The translations under genes and the position numbers were made by a program. Shown piece after piece: positions 27,532 to 37,422 of a DNA stretch of 64,000 nucleotides. The DNA is from an uncultured bacterium. GTDB lineage: Bacteria > Eisenbacteria > RBG-16-71-46 > CAZHEV01. Within the stretch, counting starts at the first letter, position 1; each line of letters starts with the position of its first letter. The notes under the pieces were generated by a model. That model was not told where the DNA came from, ran no database searches, and saw only the letters and a program-made list of their open reading frames with translations. The stretch is from the NCBI GenBank assembly GCA_964531335.1, contig CAZHEV010000008.1, positions 68,452-132,451 of the forward strand. The letters run 5' to 3'.

Positions 27532-29698
27532 CGGTCTTGCGCGGACAGTCCTGGATCTCCCAAGTTCCTTTATCCACCGCCCGCCCGGAGCTGAACACGA
27601 CGTAACCGTACTTGCCGTAGTGGACGATCTTGCCGGAGCAGGCAAGGACCGCCTCCGCGCTCAGCCCTCCCAGCAAGGCCACGGTCTTCCCGCGGTTGAA
27701 GGGATTGCGCCCCACGAAAAGAACGCAGTCACCGGCCGACGCGTAGGTGTTCTCTCCGACCACGAACACCCCCGGCCTGGGGAAGACCTTCTGCGGCCAC
27801 TTACCCCCGAACATCTCGTGCGAGAAGTTCTCCCCGGCCGCGCCGAGAACGAACAAGGAGTGCGACGAGGCCTGCTCTCGCGTCAGCTCGGTGTCCGCGA
27901 CGATGGTCGCCTGGCCCGTCCTCGTCAGCCGCTGCGCGAACTCCGCGTATGCGGCGGCGGCCTTTTCCGAGGCGGCGCTTGGAACCACGAAGATGGTCTC
28001 GTCGTCCGCCAGGACCAGCGCGAGGGCGGGAGCTATCTCATCGTCGGCCATCCGTCGCATCAGATTGTGTCCAGGGTCCAGCTCGACCGCAAGCGGCCTC
28101 TCCTTGCACCTGAACCGGGCCGAAGCGACCGGGCCGTCGATCTCCACGGTCTTCGAGAGGCGCCGGGCGACCGTGCGCACAACAACCGGCACATCCATGC
28201 GGAAAGGACCTCCCTCCTGCTCTATGGTCAAGAACAGCGTATAATCCGGCCACGTGTCCCTGGCGGTGGCGGAGGCTATCTTCAGTCTCGGTGCTCCCGC
28301 GCCCGCCACCCACTGATCGAAGAACCAGCCCAGGTCTCGCCCCTGCGCCCTGGAGAACTCCTCCCGTATCTCCGACCAGCCGATCTGCTCGAACTTGTAT
28401 TTCGAAACGATGGCCCGCAGCGTCTCGAAGAACTTCTCCTCGCCGAGCTCCCGCTCCAGCATGTGGAACACCATCGCGCACTTCCCGTACCCTATCGCCC
28501 TCGTGGCCCGGGTCGTCCTCTCCTCGAACTCGGTCAGCGGCATGTCGTTCTCGGGTGTCACGTACACCGTGAAGTCGCGGTTTATGTTGCGCCTGTACTC
28601 CCTGGCGCTCTCCTCGCTTTCCAACAGCTTGTACCTGTAATCGGCGCAGTATGTCGTCAGCCCCTCGCACCAGTTTCCGCCGGCGGGATCGACGTACACC
28701 CCATTGCCCCACCAATTATGTGCTATCTCGTGGCCGAGCGAAGTGTGGACTATGAAGGGAAGCCTCAACACGCGCCTTCCGAGCAAAGTGTATGAGGGCA
28801 TTCCCAATCCGGTGGGGAAAAAATTCTCGACCACGGCGAACTTGGGGTACGGGTATTCGCCCAGGAGCTCGCCGTACATGTTCAGGTAGCGCACGCACGC
28901 CTGGAGGTAACTCTCCGAAAGATCGGATTCGCTCTCGTAGAAGTAAGTTGATACATCGGTCCCGTCGAGCTCCACGGTCTCGATCTGATAGGGCCCCGCG
29001 ACGAGATAGGCCTCCTCCGAAGGGGCGGACGCTTTCCACACGGTCCTTACCTTCTCACCCACGATCTCCCTCGACGAAAGCCGGCCCTGGGCCACCGAGT
29101 GGTAGCCGGACGGAGTCGCCGTCGTAATGTTGAAGATGCACATCCCGTCCTTCACGCTCGGATACCAATGAGTGGCGGGACTCAAGAAGGTGCCCCGTCG
29201 ATCTATCAACCCCCTCGTCTCCTCGGCCTCGCCTCCCCTCGAATAATCGGGCACCCTGAGGCTGTCGTAGAGGACCCCGGAGTAGCTCACCACCAGGCTG
29301 CGAGGTCCATCGACGGGGACGTTCTCATCGCCGGACGGCAGGTCCAGCACAACGACCGCCGCGTTCGAGTAAAAGTCCTCGTCCTCCTCGGCGGGGTCCC
29401 TGAGATAGCGGGACAGTGCGGGTTCCGCGGACGTCCTGAAGGAGACTATGCCGCCGCCGGTTTCCAGCCGGTCCACCCGCAACGATTCATTGAGAAAAAA
29501 GAAGAACCTGCCGGCCCGTTCCCGCCCGAGATCCACGGACAGAACGTCCTGGCAGGACATGAAGCTGCTGTCCGGATCTATCTCCGCGTAGATCATATGG
29601 GCTTTTACGGGAAGCGGCTCGGGCTCGCCGTTGCGCATCTCGCATGAGACGAAAGCCACCAGCGCGAGGAACGCGCAGATACCGAGGGCTCTGTTCAC
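27509..29698 (-). CDS. M1-family (gluzincin) aminopeptidase-like lipoprotein
   Basis: Lipobox signal MNRALGICAFLALVAFVSC. HEIAHNWWG followed by the downstream Glu (NWCEGL) of the gluzincin motif. Confidence 0.8.
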   Translation of the reverse strand: MNRALGICAFLALVAFVSCEMRNGEPEPLPVKAHMIYAEIDPDSSFMSCQDVLSVDLGRERAGRFFFFLNESLRVDRLETGGGIVSFRTSAEPALSRYLRDPAEEDEDFYSNAAVVVLDLPSGDENVPVDGPRSLVVSYSGVLYDSLRVPDYSRGGEAEETRGLIDRRGTFLSPATHWYPSVKDGMCIFNITTATPSGYHSVAQGRLSSREIVGEKVRTVWKASAPSEEAYLVAGPYQIETVELDGTDVSTYFYESESDLSESYLQACVRYLNMYGELLGEYPYPKFAVVENFFPTGLGMPSYTLLGRRVLRLPFIVHTSLGHEIAHNWWGNGVYVDPAGGNWCEGLTTYCADYRYKLLESEESAREYRRNINRDFTVYVTPENDMPLTEFEERTTRATRAIGYGKCAMVFHMLERELGEEKFFETLRAIVSKYKFEQIGWSEIREEFSRAQGRDLGWFFDQWVAGAGAPRLKIASATARDTWPDYTLFLTIEQEGGPFRMDVPVVVRTVARRLSKTVEIDGPVASARFRCKERPLAVELDPGHNLMRRMADDEIAPALALVLADDETIFVVPSAASEKAAAAYAEFAQRLTRTGQATIVADTELTREQASSHSLFVLGAAGENFSHEMFGGKWPQKVFPRPGVFVVGENTYASAGDCVLFVGRNPFNRGKTVALLGGLSAEAVLACSGKIVHYGKYGYVVFSSGRAVDKGTWEIQDCPRKTVTLERIG

Positions 29699-29940
29699 TA
29701 TACCCTAACTCCTCATGAAGGCGAGCACCCGGCGCAAGCTCCATATCACCGGTATGGCGCCGAGCGCAGAGATGACGACCAGAGTGGCGGTCTCCTGCGA
29801 AACCCCCTGCAAGGACCGCGTGTAGACGGAGCTCAGATCGGCCGCGACTCCCACAAGGCCCGACAGGAGGCCGGAGACCCACTTCAAAGGCCCCCAGGAC
29901 CCTGAGGACACGGCATCGACGGCAGAGGGCCTCGTCGCTA

Positions 29941-30126
29941 TCAATCTCCAGACCCCATGGGGATTTCCATTATCTCCGAGATCTCCTCGTAGCGGGCTTC
30001 GTTCATGTAGAACAGCGTGAGCGCCGTCCTGTAGCCCTCGGGGAGTCGCTCCATCAGCCCCCTCACGCGCCTGGATATGTCCTGCCTTTCTATACGCTCC
30101 TCGAGGCTCTCCGGCGCTCCGTCCAT
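29941..30126 (-). pseudogene. orphan fragment encoding only sigma-70 region 4 (ECF-type) HTH, truncated at both ends
   Basis: LPEGYRTALTLFYMNEARYEEISEIMEIPMG matches region 4.2 but stops before the usual TVKSR. An in-frame stop lies immediately upstream of the ATG. Only 30 nt separate it from the preceding gene. Confidence 0.45.
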
Positions 30127-30156
30127 CGCGTACTGAGCTTTCTCCGGGCCGGACGG

Positions 30157-33100
30157 CTACTTCAGGCGGGGAACCCGCCCCGGAGTGTACGGGGCGCCCG
30201 CGTTCTCCAGCTTCTCTTCCAGTGCCCTGAGATCCTCCTCCACGAGACGTGTAAGCTCCTCGAGCACGGGCTCGAAGCTCTCCTCGGCTATCCTCAGGCT
30301 CTCCCTGTTCGTCTGCGTCGGAGAGGAGGTGGACTCCCAGCTACCGTAGACTATCTCGCTCACCCGCTCCGTTATCGACGGAGGCGTCGGCTCCTGCCTC
30401 TTCCTTATGGTCGGGTCGCCCTGAAGCTCCATCCTCAGGTCGGCTAGGCGAAGCTCCAGAGACCTGGCCTCGTCGATCCAGCTTTGATCGCCCTCCGGCG
30501 CGTCGCGCACCGCGACCTTGATGTGATCGATCCTGCTCTGCGCCTCGTCCGCCAGCTTTATCGCGCCAAGGACCGCACGCTGCAGGGCTCCCGTCTCCTT
30601 CTGGAACTCGACAAGCTCGCCCCAGTCGTCCGCGGGTAAGGTGGCGAGACCTATTGGAACGGCCTCGAAGCTCTGGGGCTCGCCCATGGGGGTAACCTCT
30701 CCCTCCACTCTCTTTGCCATGCTGACCGTATAGGTCCCCGGGGCGACCATCGGCCCGCGCGGCGGCGTGCTCCAGGGGGTACGCCTCACCCAGGGGGTCG
30801 TGGTGGCCGGCCGCGAGGAGGGGTATCTCAGGTCCCAGGCTACGCGGTGGATGCCCTTGCCCACAGGTCCGGTGATCCGCCGCACCACATCCCCGTCGGA
30901 GTCTCTTATCGTGAAGATGATCGCGGGCTCCTCCTCCCTGTCTTCGAGGCGAAGCTCCTCCCAGGAGGGATACTCGATCCGCTCGCCCTCCTCGAGCGCT
31001 ATCTTCTCCTTTTCCCTGCGCATCTGCTCCTTGGTCTTCAGCGTTTCCTTCAAGTAGTACGTGAAGACCGCGCCGTAGGGCGGGTTGGGGGCGAAGTAGA
31101 AGTTGTCGCCGCGATTGGCCTTCTCCTTTCCGCCGAGGGGCGTGCTCTCATGGTAGAGGTAGGTCTTCTTCACCGGGAACAGGACGGCCTCTTGCCGCAG
31201 GCGCTCCTCGTCCATGAACCGCAGCGGCGTGTAGTCGTCGAGTATGTAGATGCCCCGGCCGAATGTGCCAACGGCCAGGTCGTTCTCGCGCCGCTGAATG
31301 TCGAGATCCTTCGCCACTATGGTCGGGAAGCCCCCGGTCAGCTCAACCCAGTGCGCGCCGGCGTCATATGTGAAGTACACCCCGAACTCCGTGCCCGCGA
31401 AGAGCAGGCTCGGATCCACGTGGTCCTGCTCTATCGCGAAGACCGTGCCGCGCTCCGGAAGGTCGCCGGTTATGGAGGTCCAGCCGCGGCCCATGTCGGT
31501 GCTCTTGAAAGCGTACGGCTTGAAGTCGCCGTTCTTGCGATTGTCGAACGCCGCGAAGACCGTGCCCGCCTTGTGCCGCGATGCCGTGAGCTCGCTCACA
31601 TAGGTGTACTGGGGCACGCCCTTGACCTTCTCTATCTTTCTCCAGTTCTCCCCCCCGTCCTCCGTGACCTGGATCAGGCCGTCGTCGGTGCCCACGTAGA
31701 TGAGCCCTTCCTGCATGGGTGACTCGGTCAGCGCGACGCAGTTTCCGTAGTAGGAGGTGGACATGTTCTTCGCCACGGCGTCCACGCTCTGGATTATGCC
31801 CATGACCTCGAGCTGGTTGCGGTCCACCTGTCTCGTAAGGTCCGGGCTCACCGCCTCCCAGGAATTGCCGCGGTCGTCCGTGCGGAATAGTATATTGCCC
31901 GCGTAGTAAAGGCGCGTCGGCGAGTGGGGGCTGAGCAGAAGCGGCGAGTTCCAGTTCCAGCGGATAGCCGGCTCGTCCTTCCCCGGCTGGGGCCGGATCA
32001 TCAGGGCCTCGCCGGCGGCCTTGTCGTAACGCGCCAGGCCGCCGTACTGAAACTGCGAGTACACGATGTTAGAGTTGGTGGGATCGACCTGCGTCTCGTA
32101 GCCGTCTCCGCCGAGGGTGATTACCCAGTCCGCGTTTATTATCCCACTCGCGCTTATGGTCCTCGACGGCGCGCCGAGGCTGTTGTTGTCCTGCGTGCCG
32201 CCGTACACGTTGTAGAAGGGCCTGTCGTAGTCCACGCTCACCCGGTAGAACTGGGTCACGGGCAGGTTCGACTTGAAGTCCCAGGTCGCGCCGCGGTCGT
32301 ACGTCTCGTATATTCCCCCGTCGCAGCCCGCGAGCAGGTGGTCCGTGTTCTCGGGGTCTATCCACAGCGCGTGATCGTCCACGTGCTTGTAGTTTATGCC
32401 CACCCGCTCGAACGTCTTGCCTCCGTCGTGGGTGACCCTCATGAAGGTGTCCATGGAATAGACCCGGTCGACGTTCTTGGGGTCGGCGAAGATCTCGTTG
32501 TAGTACTGGGGGCTGCTGCTCAGGTAGTCGCTCATCTTCCGCCAGTTGGCGCCCCCGTCCGTCGAGCGGAAAAATCCCTGCTCGTCCTGGGCGGCCTCGA
32601 TGATCGCGTAGATCACGTCCGGGTTCGCAGGCGAGACCGCGAGCCCTATCTTGCCCTTGTCCACGCCGGGGATGCCGTTGGTGAGCTTCTTCCAGCTTGC
32701 GCCCGCGTCCGTGGATTTGTAGATGGCCGACTCCGGACCGCCGTCTATAAGCGTCCAGACGCGGCGGCGGCGCTGGTAGGAGGAGGCGTAGAGGACGTCG
32801 GGATCGCGCGGGTCCATGTGCACCTCGTTTACGCCCGTGTCCTCGCTTATCTCGAGGGCCAGGTCCCACGTCTCTCCTCCGTCGCTCGTCTTGTAGAGGC
32901 CGCGGTCGCCTCCCGCCCTCCACAGAGGGCCCTGAGCGGCGACGTAGACCACGTCCGAGTCGCGCGGATCGACCGCGATCATCCCTATGTGCTCGGACTC
33001 CTTGAGCCCCATGTTCTTCCAGGTCTTGCCGCCGTCCAAGGACTTGTAGACGCCGTCCCCGTACGAGACGGAGCGCTGGCTGTTGTTCTCCCCGGTCCCC

Positions 33101-33447
33101 ACCCAGACCGTGAGCGGGTTGTTGGGGTCGAGCGTGATACACCCTATGGAGTAGCTGCCCTGGTCGTCGAAGATGGGCTCCCACGTCGTACCACGGTTTT
33201 CCGTCTTCCACACGTTTCCGGAGCAGACGGCCACGTAGTACTCCCACGGTTTCTCGGGATTGACGGCGAAGTCACCTATCCGGCCCGATGTCGCGGCGGG
33301 CCCCAAGCACCTGAGCTTGAGACCCGAAAAAGTGCCGGAGCTCATCGGCCCCTTGTCCCCGCCGTCTTCCTCCCCTTGCCCGTAAGCCGGTCCGGCCCCG
33401 GCAAAGATCAATAGCGTCACCAACGATATCGCCGCCAACCGCCTCAT
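30157..33447 (-). CDS. BNR/Asp-box repeat protein, sortilin/VPS10-like (xyloglucanase-type) beta-propeller tandem, exported
   Basis: Signal peptide. Many SxDGGxTW Asp-box repeats (SLDGGKTWK, TSDGGETWD, STDAGASWK, STDGGANWR, THDGGKTFE, and others). 1096 aa. Confidence 0.8.
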   Translation of the reverse strand: MRRLAAISLVTLLIFAGAGPAYGQGEEDGGDKGPMSSGTFSGLKLRCLGPAATSGRIGDFAVNPEKPWEYYVAVCSGNVWKTENRGTTWEPIFDDQGSYSIGCITLDPNNPLTVWVGTGENNSQRSVSYGDGVYKSLDGGKTWKNMGLKESEHIGMIAVDPRDSDVVYVAAQGPLWRAGGDRGLYKTSDGGETWDLALEISEDTGVNEVHMDPRDPDVLYASSYQRRRRVWTLIDGGPESAIYKSTDAGASWKKLTNGIPGVDKGKIGLAVSPANPDVIYAIIEAAQDEQGFFRSTDGGANWRKMSDYLSSSPQYYNEIFADPKNVDRVYSMDTFMRVTHDGGKTFERVGINYKHVDDHALWIDPENTDHLLAGCDGGIYETYDRGATWDFKSNLPVTQFYRVSVDYDRPFYNVYGGTQDNNSLGAPSRTISASGIINADWVITLGGDGYETQVDPTNSNIVYSQFQYGGLARYDKAAGEALMIRPQPGKDEPAIRWNWNSPLLLSPHSPTRLYYAGNILFRTDDRGNSWEAVSPDLTRQVDRNQLEVMGIIQSVDAVAKNMSTSYYGNCVALTESPMQEGLIYVGTDDGLIQVTEDGGENWRKIEKVKGVPQYTYVSELTASRHKAGTVFAAFDNRKNGDFKPYAFKSTDMGRGWTSITGDLPERGTVFAIEQDHVDPSLLFAGTEFGVYFTYDAGAHWVELTGGFPTIVAKDLDIQRRENDLAVGTFGRGIYILDDYTPLRFMDEERLRQEAVLFPVKKTYLYHESTPLGGKEKANRGDNFYFAPNPPYGAVFTYYLKETLKTKEQMRREKEKIALEEGERIEYPSWEELRLEDREEEPAIIFTIRDSDGDVVRRITGPVGKGIHRVAWDLRYPSSRPATTTPWVRRTPWSTPPRGPMVAPGTYTVSMAKRVEGEVTPMGEPQSFEAVPIGLATLPADDWGELVEFQKETGALQRAVLGAIKLADEAQSRIDHIKVAVRDAPEGDQSWIDEARSLELRLADLRMELQGDPTIRKRQEPTPPSITERVSEIVYGSWESTSSPTQTNRESLRIAEESFEPVLEELTRLVEEDLRALEEKLENAGAPYTPGRVPRLK

Positions 33448-33471
33448 TTGCCAATCCTCCTTAGGTTAGTC

Positions 33472-35193
33472 TCAAGGTCTGCCGCTCTCGGGCTTGCAGA
33501 TGACCGAGCCCATGACCGGCTCCTCTCCCTCGGCCTCGGCCCTTCTCCACACGATGTGGCCGTCCTCGATCACGCCGGCGCGGCCGGAGAACTTCACGAA
33601 CGCTATAGAGTTGTAATTCCACGACAGGTACTTGGAGTCGCCTCCGCCTATCGTGGTGATAAAAAGCCTGTTGGCCACGTTGCCTATCGACTCCGCCTGA
33701 TCGGCCGGCCACTCCTTGTCCCCCCTGCTCGGATCGACAGGGACCCAGCCGTAGTTGGGCAGGTAGACCTCGACCCACCTGTGGTACGCCTCGTCCACGC
33801 TGGCCTCGTCGCCGCGCATGGCCGTGCCCGCCTCGTATCTCGCGGGAAGGCCCGCCGACCTGACCATCGCTATGTAAAGGAAAGCGTACTCGGAGCAGGA
33901 CCCGGTGCCCCGCTTTATCAAGGTGGCCGGCACGTCCCATCCGCCAACCATCTGATACTCGAGCTTGTCTATCACCCAGTCGAAGGCTTTTCTCGCTATC
34001 CAGTACGGCCTCTCCTCGTCGCCTATCGCCTTTTTGACCGCGGCCTTCAGCACCGGGTCGTCCATCCTGTACCGGGTGCCGTCCACCGTGTACTGCTTTG
34101 AGATATCCCTGGGGACGCTCTTCAGCGGGCCGACCTTTTCGGGTCTCACGAAGTAGCGGAGGTGCCCCACCTTGCCCCGGGCGCTGTAGCTCGCCTCCAC
34201 GCTCTCGCCGGCCTGGACGTCGGTGAAGACGAAAGAGGCCACCTTCTGTCCCCAGCGATCCTCCACGAAATCGGGCATTCCCCCGTCGAAGGCTATGTCC
34301 TCGAGCCGCTGATTCTCGAGGCTGTCGGGCGGTATCGCGACGTTGATCACCCCTTCGGTGACCACGCCCGGGCCGTCGTTTCTTATGACGTGCCTGAAGT
34401 CGAGCATCGTCTCGCGCCAGTCCTTGACCAGGTACGGGTCCGTGTCCATCACCTCGAGGCCGTAGATGTTCTGGGTCTCGAAATCGGAAACCCAGAGCAT
34501 GCCTTGGCCGAACGCCAATCCGTTGGGATACGCGTCGGGGGAGTCCAGCGTGCCCAGCACAAGGCCCCCTTCGCGGGTCTCCATGTGCAGCTCGTCGCGG
34601 ATCCTATCGGAGACCCAAAGATAATAGCCGTCCCAGGCCAGCGCCGTGATGTGCGCCGACGGAGCCTTGAAGTAGGAGAGAATGGTGCCGTCGTCGGGAA
34701 TGAGCTCGTATATCTTGTCCTCCCCGTCGTCGCCCAGCCACAACGACGTGCCGTCGAAGGCGAGCCCCTTGGGAGATCGCCCGGGGGTCTCGTAGCTGGC
34801 CTGCACCTCGCCGGTGGCCGGATCGAGCTTGAAGATCTTCCTCGAGGCGCTGTCGCTGACGAACAGGTGCCCTTCGCCCCACGCCAGCCCTTCCGGCCTG
34901 TAGCCGGGCGCTTTGATCGTGCCAAGCGTGGTCCCGTCCTCGGGCGATACGCGGTACAGCACTCCCTCGCGCCAATCGGCCACCCACAGGCTTTCGCCGT
35001 CCCAGGCCAGATCCGAGGGGCTCGCGCAAGGAGCGGAAAACTCGGCCATGACATGCCCCGGGGGCGCTGCTTGCGCGGGCGCTCCAAGGCCCATGGCAAG
35101 AACCATGGCGGCCGTTGCGGCGACCGACACGATTCCGCGTCCCGAAATGAAGAATCTCCTGATACCATCCGTTGCCGTGAGGAATGTAGCCAT
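33472..35193 (-). CDS. exported protein with N-terminal glutamine-cyclotransferase-like beta-propeller and C-terminal transglutaminase-like cysteine protease core
   Basis: Repeated LAWDG..LWV(S/A)D blades. The C-terminal GTGSCSEYAFLYIAMVRSAGLPAR ... HRWVEVYLPNYGWVPVDPS gives a Cys/His/Asp transglutaminase-core triad pattern. Confidence 0.75.
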   Translation of the reverse strand: MATFLTATDGIRRFFISGRGIVSVAATAAMVLAMGLGAPAQAAPPGHVMAEFSAPCASPSDLAWDGESLWVADWREGVLYRVSPEDGTTLGTIKAPGYRPEGLAWGEGHLFVSDSASRKIFKLDPATGEVQASYETPGRSPKGLAFDGTSLWLGDDGEDKIYELIPDDGTILSYFKAPSAHITALAWDGYYLWVSDRIRDELHMETREGGLVLGTLDSPDAYPNGLAFGQGMLWVSDFETQNIYGLEVMDTDPYLVKDWRETMLDFRHVIRNDGPGVVTEGVINVAIPPDSLENQRLEDIAFDGGMPDFVEDRWGQKVASFVFTDVQAGESVEASYSARGKVGHLRYFVRPEKVGPLKSVPRDISKQYTVDGTRYRMDDPVLKAAVKKAIGDEERPYWIARKAFDWVIDKLEYQMVGGWDVPATLIKRGTGSCSEYAFLYIAMVRSAGLPARYEAGTAMRGDEASVDEAYHRWVEVYLPNYGWVPVDPSRGDKEWPADQAESIGNVANRLFITTIGGGDSKYLSWNYNSIAFVKFSGRAGVIEDGHIVWRRAEAEGEEPVMGSVICKPESGRP

Positions 35194-35265
35194 GACGTTC
35201 TCCTCCTGCTCAACCCACCCACGTTACGCTGCCGGCCACGCCGCGCAGCTCAGGGAAGCGACGGA

Positions 35266-35961
35266 TCACTCTCCCTCTGCGAGCCTCTTTATTAGAAACG
35301 CCTGCTTGCACACGCGCTTTTTTTCACGGGAGATCCTAGCCCCCGAGGAAGGCAGTGTCTCCTCATAAATCATCGCCGTGCCCAGTGGCGCCGGCCCGAA
35401 CCCACTCGCAGCGCCACCCGTCCCGCAGGCGCCTCGCTCGGCAGCCCTGACCTCCCCGGGCGTCGCGCCGTCGGGCGTCGCAGCCGCTCTAGGGACGGCC
35501 TGAAGCGTTATCCTTATGGAACCGGCCTTGCCCCCCGATGCGAGCTCGTGCACGAGACGAAGCTCCCTGCACGGATCGATCCACGTGACAACGGACTTCC
35601 CGGCGAGTGAACGGTCTGAAAAAAACGGGATCGTGTCGCCCAGGGCCTCGAGCTGGCGTAGCATGTCCCGCTCCGGCTCCCAGTGAGGGTACCACATAGA
35701 AAAGGTCCGAACCGTGGCGATGACGTTCCACACGTGTTCGGGCCTTGAGTAAACCAGAAGCGAGCAGCTAAGGGTGACATAACGCCCGCTTTCCACCGAG
35801 GCCGTATCCACACCCGTGGGCCACACCTCGTCCACCGCGGACGCGGAACCGCGCGCCGGTCGCGCCCCTGCCAAGGACCCGGATTCGAACGCGCCATCGC
35901 CCATCGCAACAAAGGCCGCCGCCAGCACGGCGGCAAAGGTGACAGCCTTCGCCTGCTCCAA
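35266..35961 (-). CDS. exported SRPBCC-like (polyketide cyclase/START-fold) protein
   Basis: Signal-like N-terminus. Central region resembles Polyketide_cyc2-type SRPBCC proteins (VTLSCSLLVYSRPEHVWNVIATVRTFSMWYP). 51 bp downstream of the radical SAM gene on the same strand. Confidence 0.45.
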   Translation of the reverse strand: MEQAKAVTFAAVLAAAFVAMGDGAFESGSLAGARPARGSASAVDEVWPTGVDTASVESGRYVTLSCSLLVYSRPEHVWNVIATVRTFSMWYPHWEPERDMLRQLEALGDTIPFFSDRSLAGKSVVTWIDPCRELRLVHELASGGKAGSIRITLQAVPRAAATPDGATPGEVRAAERGACGTGGAASGFGPAPLGTAMIYEETLPSSGARISREKKRVCKQAFLIKRLAEGE

Positions 35962-36012
35962 CTCAACTCCGAATTTCCAGGGAACGCGGCCTCGATCGGA
36001 ACGTACGGCGGC

Positions 36013-37422
36013 CTACCAGCGCCTTATGCCCGATTTCCTGAAGAAGTTCTTGTAGGCTTCCATCCGGGCGCACGATGCCAGGTCGGGGCCGTGGATATTG
36101 CCCCTATCGGCGAAAACGCTGGCCATGCAGCCGGAGCCGCAGTGCTCCAAGAGCTGACATGAAGAGCACTTCTTGACATCAACGGCTTTGAGCTTCCTTA
36201 TCTCCGTCGCCTTCCCCTCAGCCTCAAGCCAGATATCCTCAATGAGCTTATCGCGCACGTTTCCCATGACGAACTTGCGGTGACTCAGCGAAGCGCATGG
36301 GGTCACCGCGCCGTCAGGCCTGATGTTCAAATGGTGAACCGCGGCGCTGCAACGATGCCGCTCATTTACGGGCTTCTGTGCCAGCTCGGCCCGCCCCGCA
36401 TCGTCCGCGCGGGAGGAGACACCGTGGAAAACCGCTTCCTCGACCCCCAGGAAGCGCTCGTAAGCCCTCATATACTCCTTCTGGGATAGCAGCAGGCTCT
36501 TGTTCTCCCGCGCCCTGCCCTGCATCAGCGAGCGGCTGACCGCGTAGGAGGCGTCGTACTTGCGGTAAAGCTCGAGCAGCGCTTTGAGTTCGCCGGTGTT
36601 CAGGCGGTTGAGAACGGTGTAGAGCCTTAGCCTGACGCCCCTTTCCGCCAGGAGCTCGATGCCCCTGATCGTCTTCTGGAAAGCCCCCCTGACCCCCCTG
36701 AAAAGGTCGTGGCTGTCCGAACGCATTCCATCAAGGCTCACCCCAGCCGTCTGGATGCCCGAGTCGGCTATCCTGTCGGCGATCGCGCCGTCTATCAGCG
36801 TCCCGTTCGTCATCAAGGTGATCCCGAGCCCCTGGGACGAAAACGCTTCCACTATCTCGAAGAAATCCTCCCGCGCCAGGGGCTCCCCGCCCGTGAGGCT
36901 GATCTCGTATGCCTGTAGCTTGCTCAACTGCCGGGCGATGTCCTGGAACTCCTCTACCGTCAGCTCCTTGAACCGCTGCGTGCCGAACTTGCCGTAGCAG
37001 TGCACGCACTTGAGGTTGCAATCGGCGGTCACCTCGATGCTGGCCGTGTGAAGAGGATAGTCCGTCTCGAGCACCGGCGGTATCTTAACGCTCTTCTCGG
37101 GACGGTCGCCGTCGAGGATGGAGATGATCTGCTCGGAGTGCAATGTATCCAGGACGTCGATCAGCGGGGCCCTCAGGTCGGCCTTGGGCTCGTGATATTT
37201 CCTGGCAAGGGAGTTCAGAATGGAGGCCACGGTGCGCCGGCCGTTGCAGTAGTCGAGCACCATGGAAAGGTGCTCGTTGATGTGGACCTTCTTACCCGAG
37301 CGAGGAAAGTACACCACACCCAGAAAGCGGCCGTTTGAGCTCGCGCGGTTTAAGAGGACCCTGTCCGATAGGACCGGGCAAGCTTTGTCGTTTAGCGACT
37401 CACTCATCAAAAGAAAAGCCAT
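36013..37422 (-). CDS. radical SAM/SPASM-domain peptide-modifying enzyme with N-terminal PqqD-like RiPP recognition element (RRE)
   Basis: N-terminal ~90 aa follow the PqqD/RRE pattern (VLLNRASSNGRFLGVVYF...NEHLSMVLDYCNGRRTVASILNSLARKY...LIDVLDTLHSEQII). CNLKCVHCYG is a CxxxCxxC radical SAM cluster. The C-terminal seven-Cys SPASM region is CSAAVHH...CASL...CSSCQLLEHCGSGCMA...C. GGGAG lies upstream of the ATG. Confidence 0.85.
   Translation of the reverse strand: MAFLLMSESLNDKACPVLSDRVLLNRASSNGRFLGVVYFPRSGKKVHINEHLSMVLDYCNGRRTVASILNSLARKYHEPKADLRAPLIDVLDTLHSEQIISILDGDRPEKSVKIPPVLETDYPLHTASIEVTADCNLKCVHCYGKFGTQRFKELTVEEFQDIARQLSKLQAYEISLTGGEPLAREDFFEIVEAFSSQGLGITLMTNGTLIDGAIADRIADSGIQTAGVSLDGMRSDSHDLFRGVRGAFQKTIRGIELLAERGVRLRLYTVLNRLNTGELKALLELYRKYDASYAVSRSLMQGRARENKSLLLSQKEYMRAYERFLGVEEAVFHGVSSRADDAGRAELAQKPVNERHRCSAAVHHLNIRPDGAVTPCASLSHRKFVMGNVRDKLIEDIWLEAEGKATEIRKLKAVDVKKCSSCQLLEHCGSGCMASVFADRGNIHGPDLASCARMEAYKNFFRKSGIRRW

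Noticed and set aside
29705-29944. 79-aa TTG-start ORF just downstream of the sigma region-4 fragment
   Set aside because: Considered as an anti-sigma remnant because it is hydrophobic. It has no recognisable motif and a weak start, so it is mentioned only in the finding.
31924-33414. 496-aa plus-strand and 392-aa minus-strand ORFs inside the BNR/sortilin gene
   Set aside because: Nested in a gene with strong Asp-box repeat evidence. The alternatives are Arg/Pro/Gly/Val-rich artefacts.
34162-35295. 377-aa plus-strand ORF and 257/141-aa minus-strand ORFs within the transglutaminase-like gene
   Set aside because: Same high-GC overlap artefact. The annotated frame carries the Cys/His/Asp core and propeller repeats.
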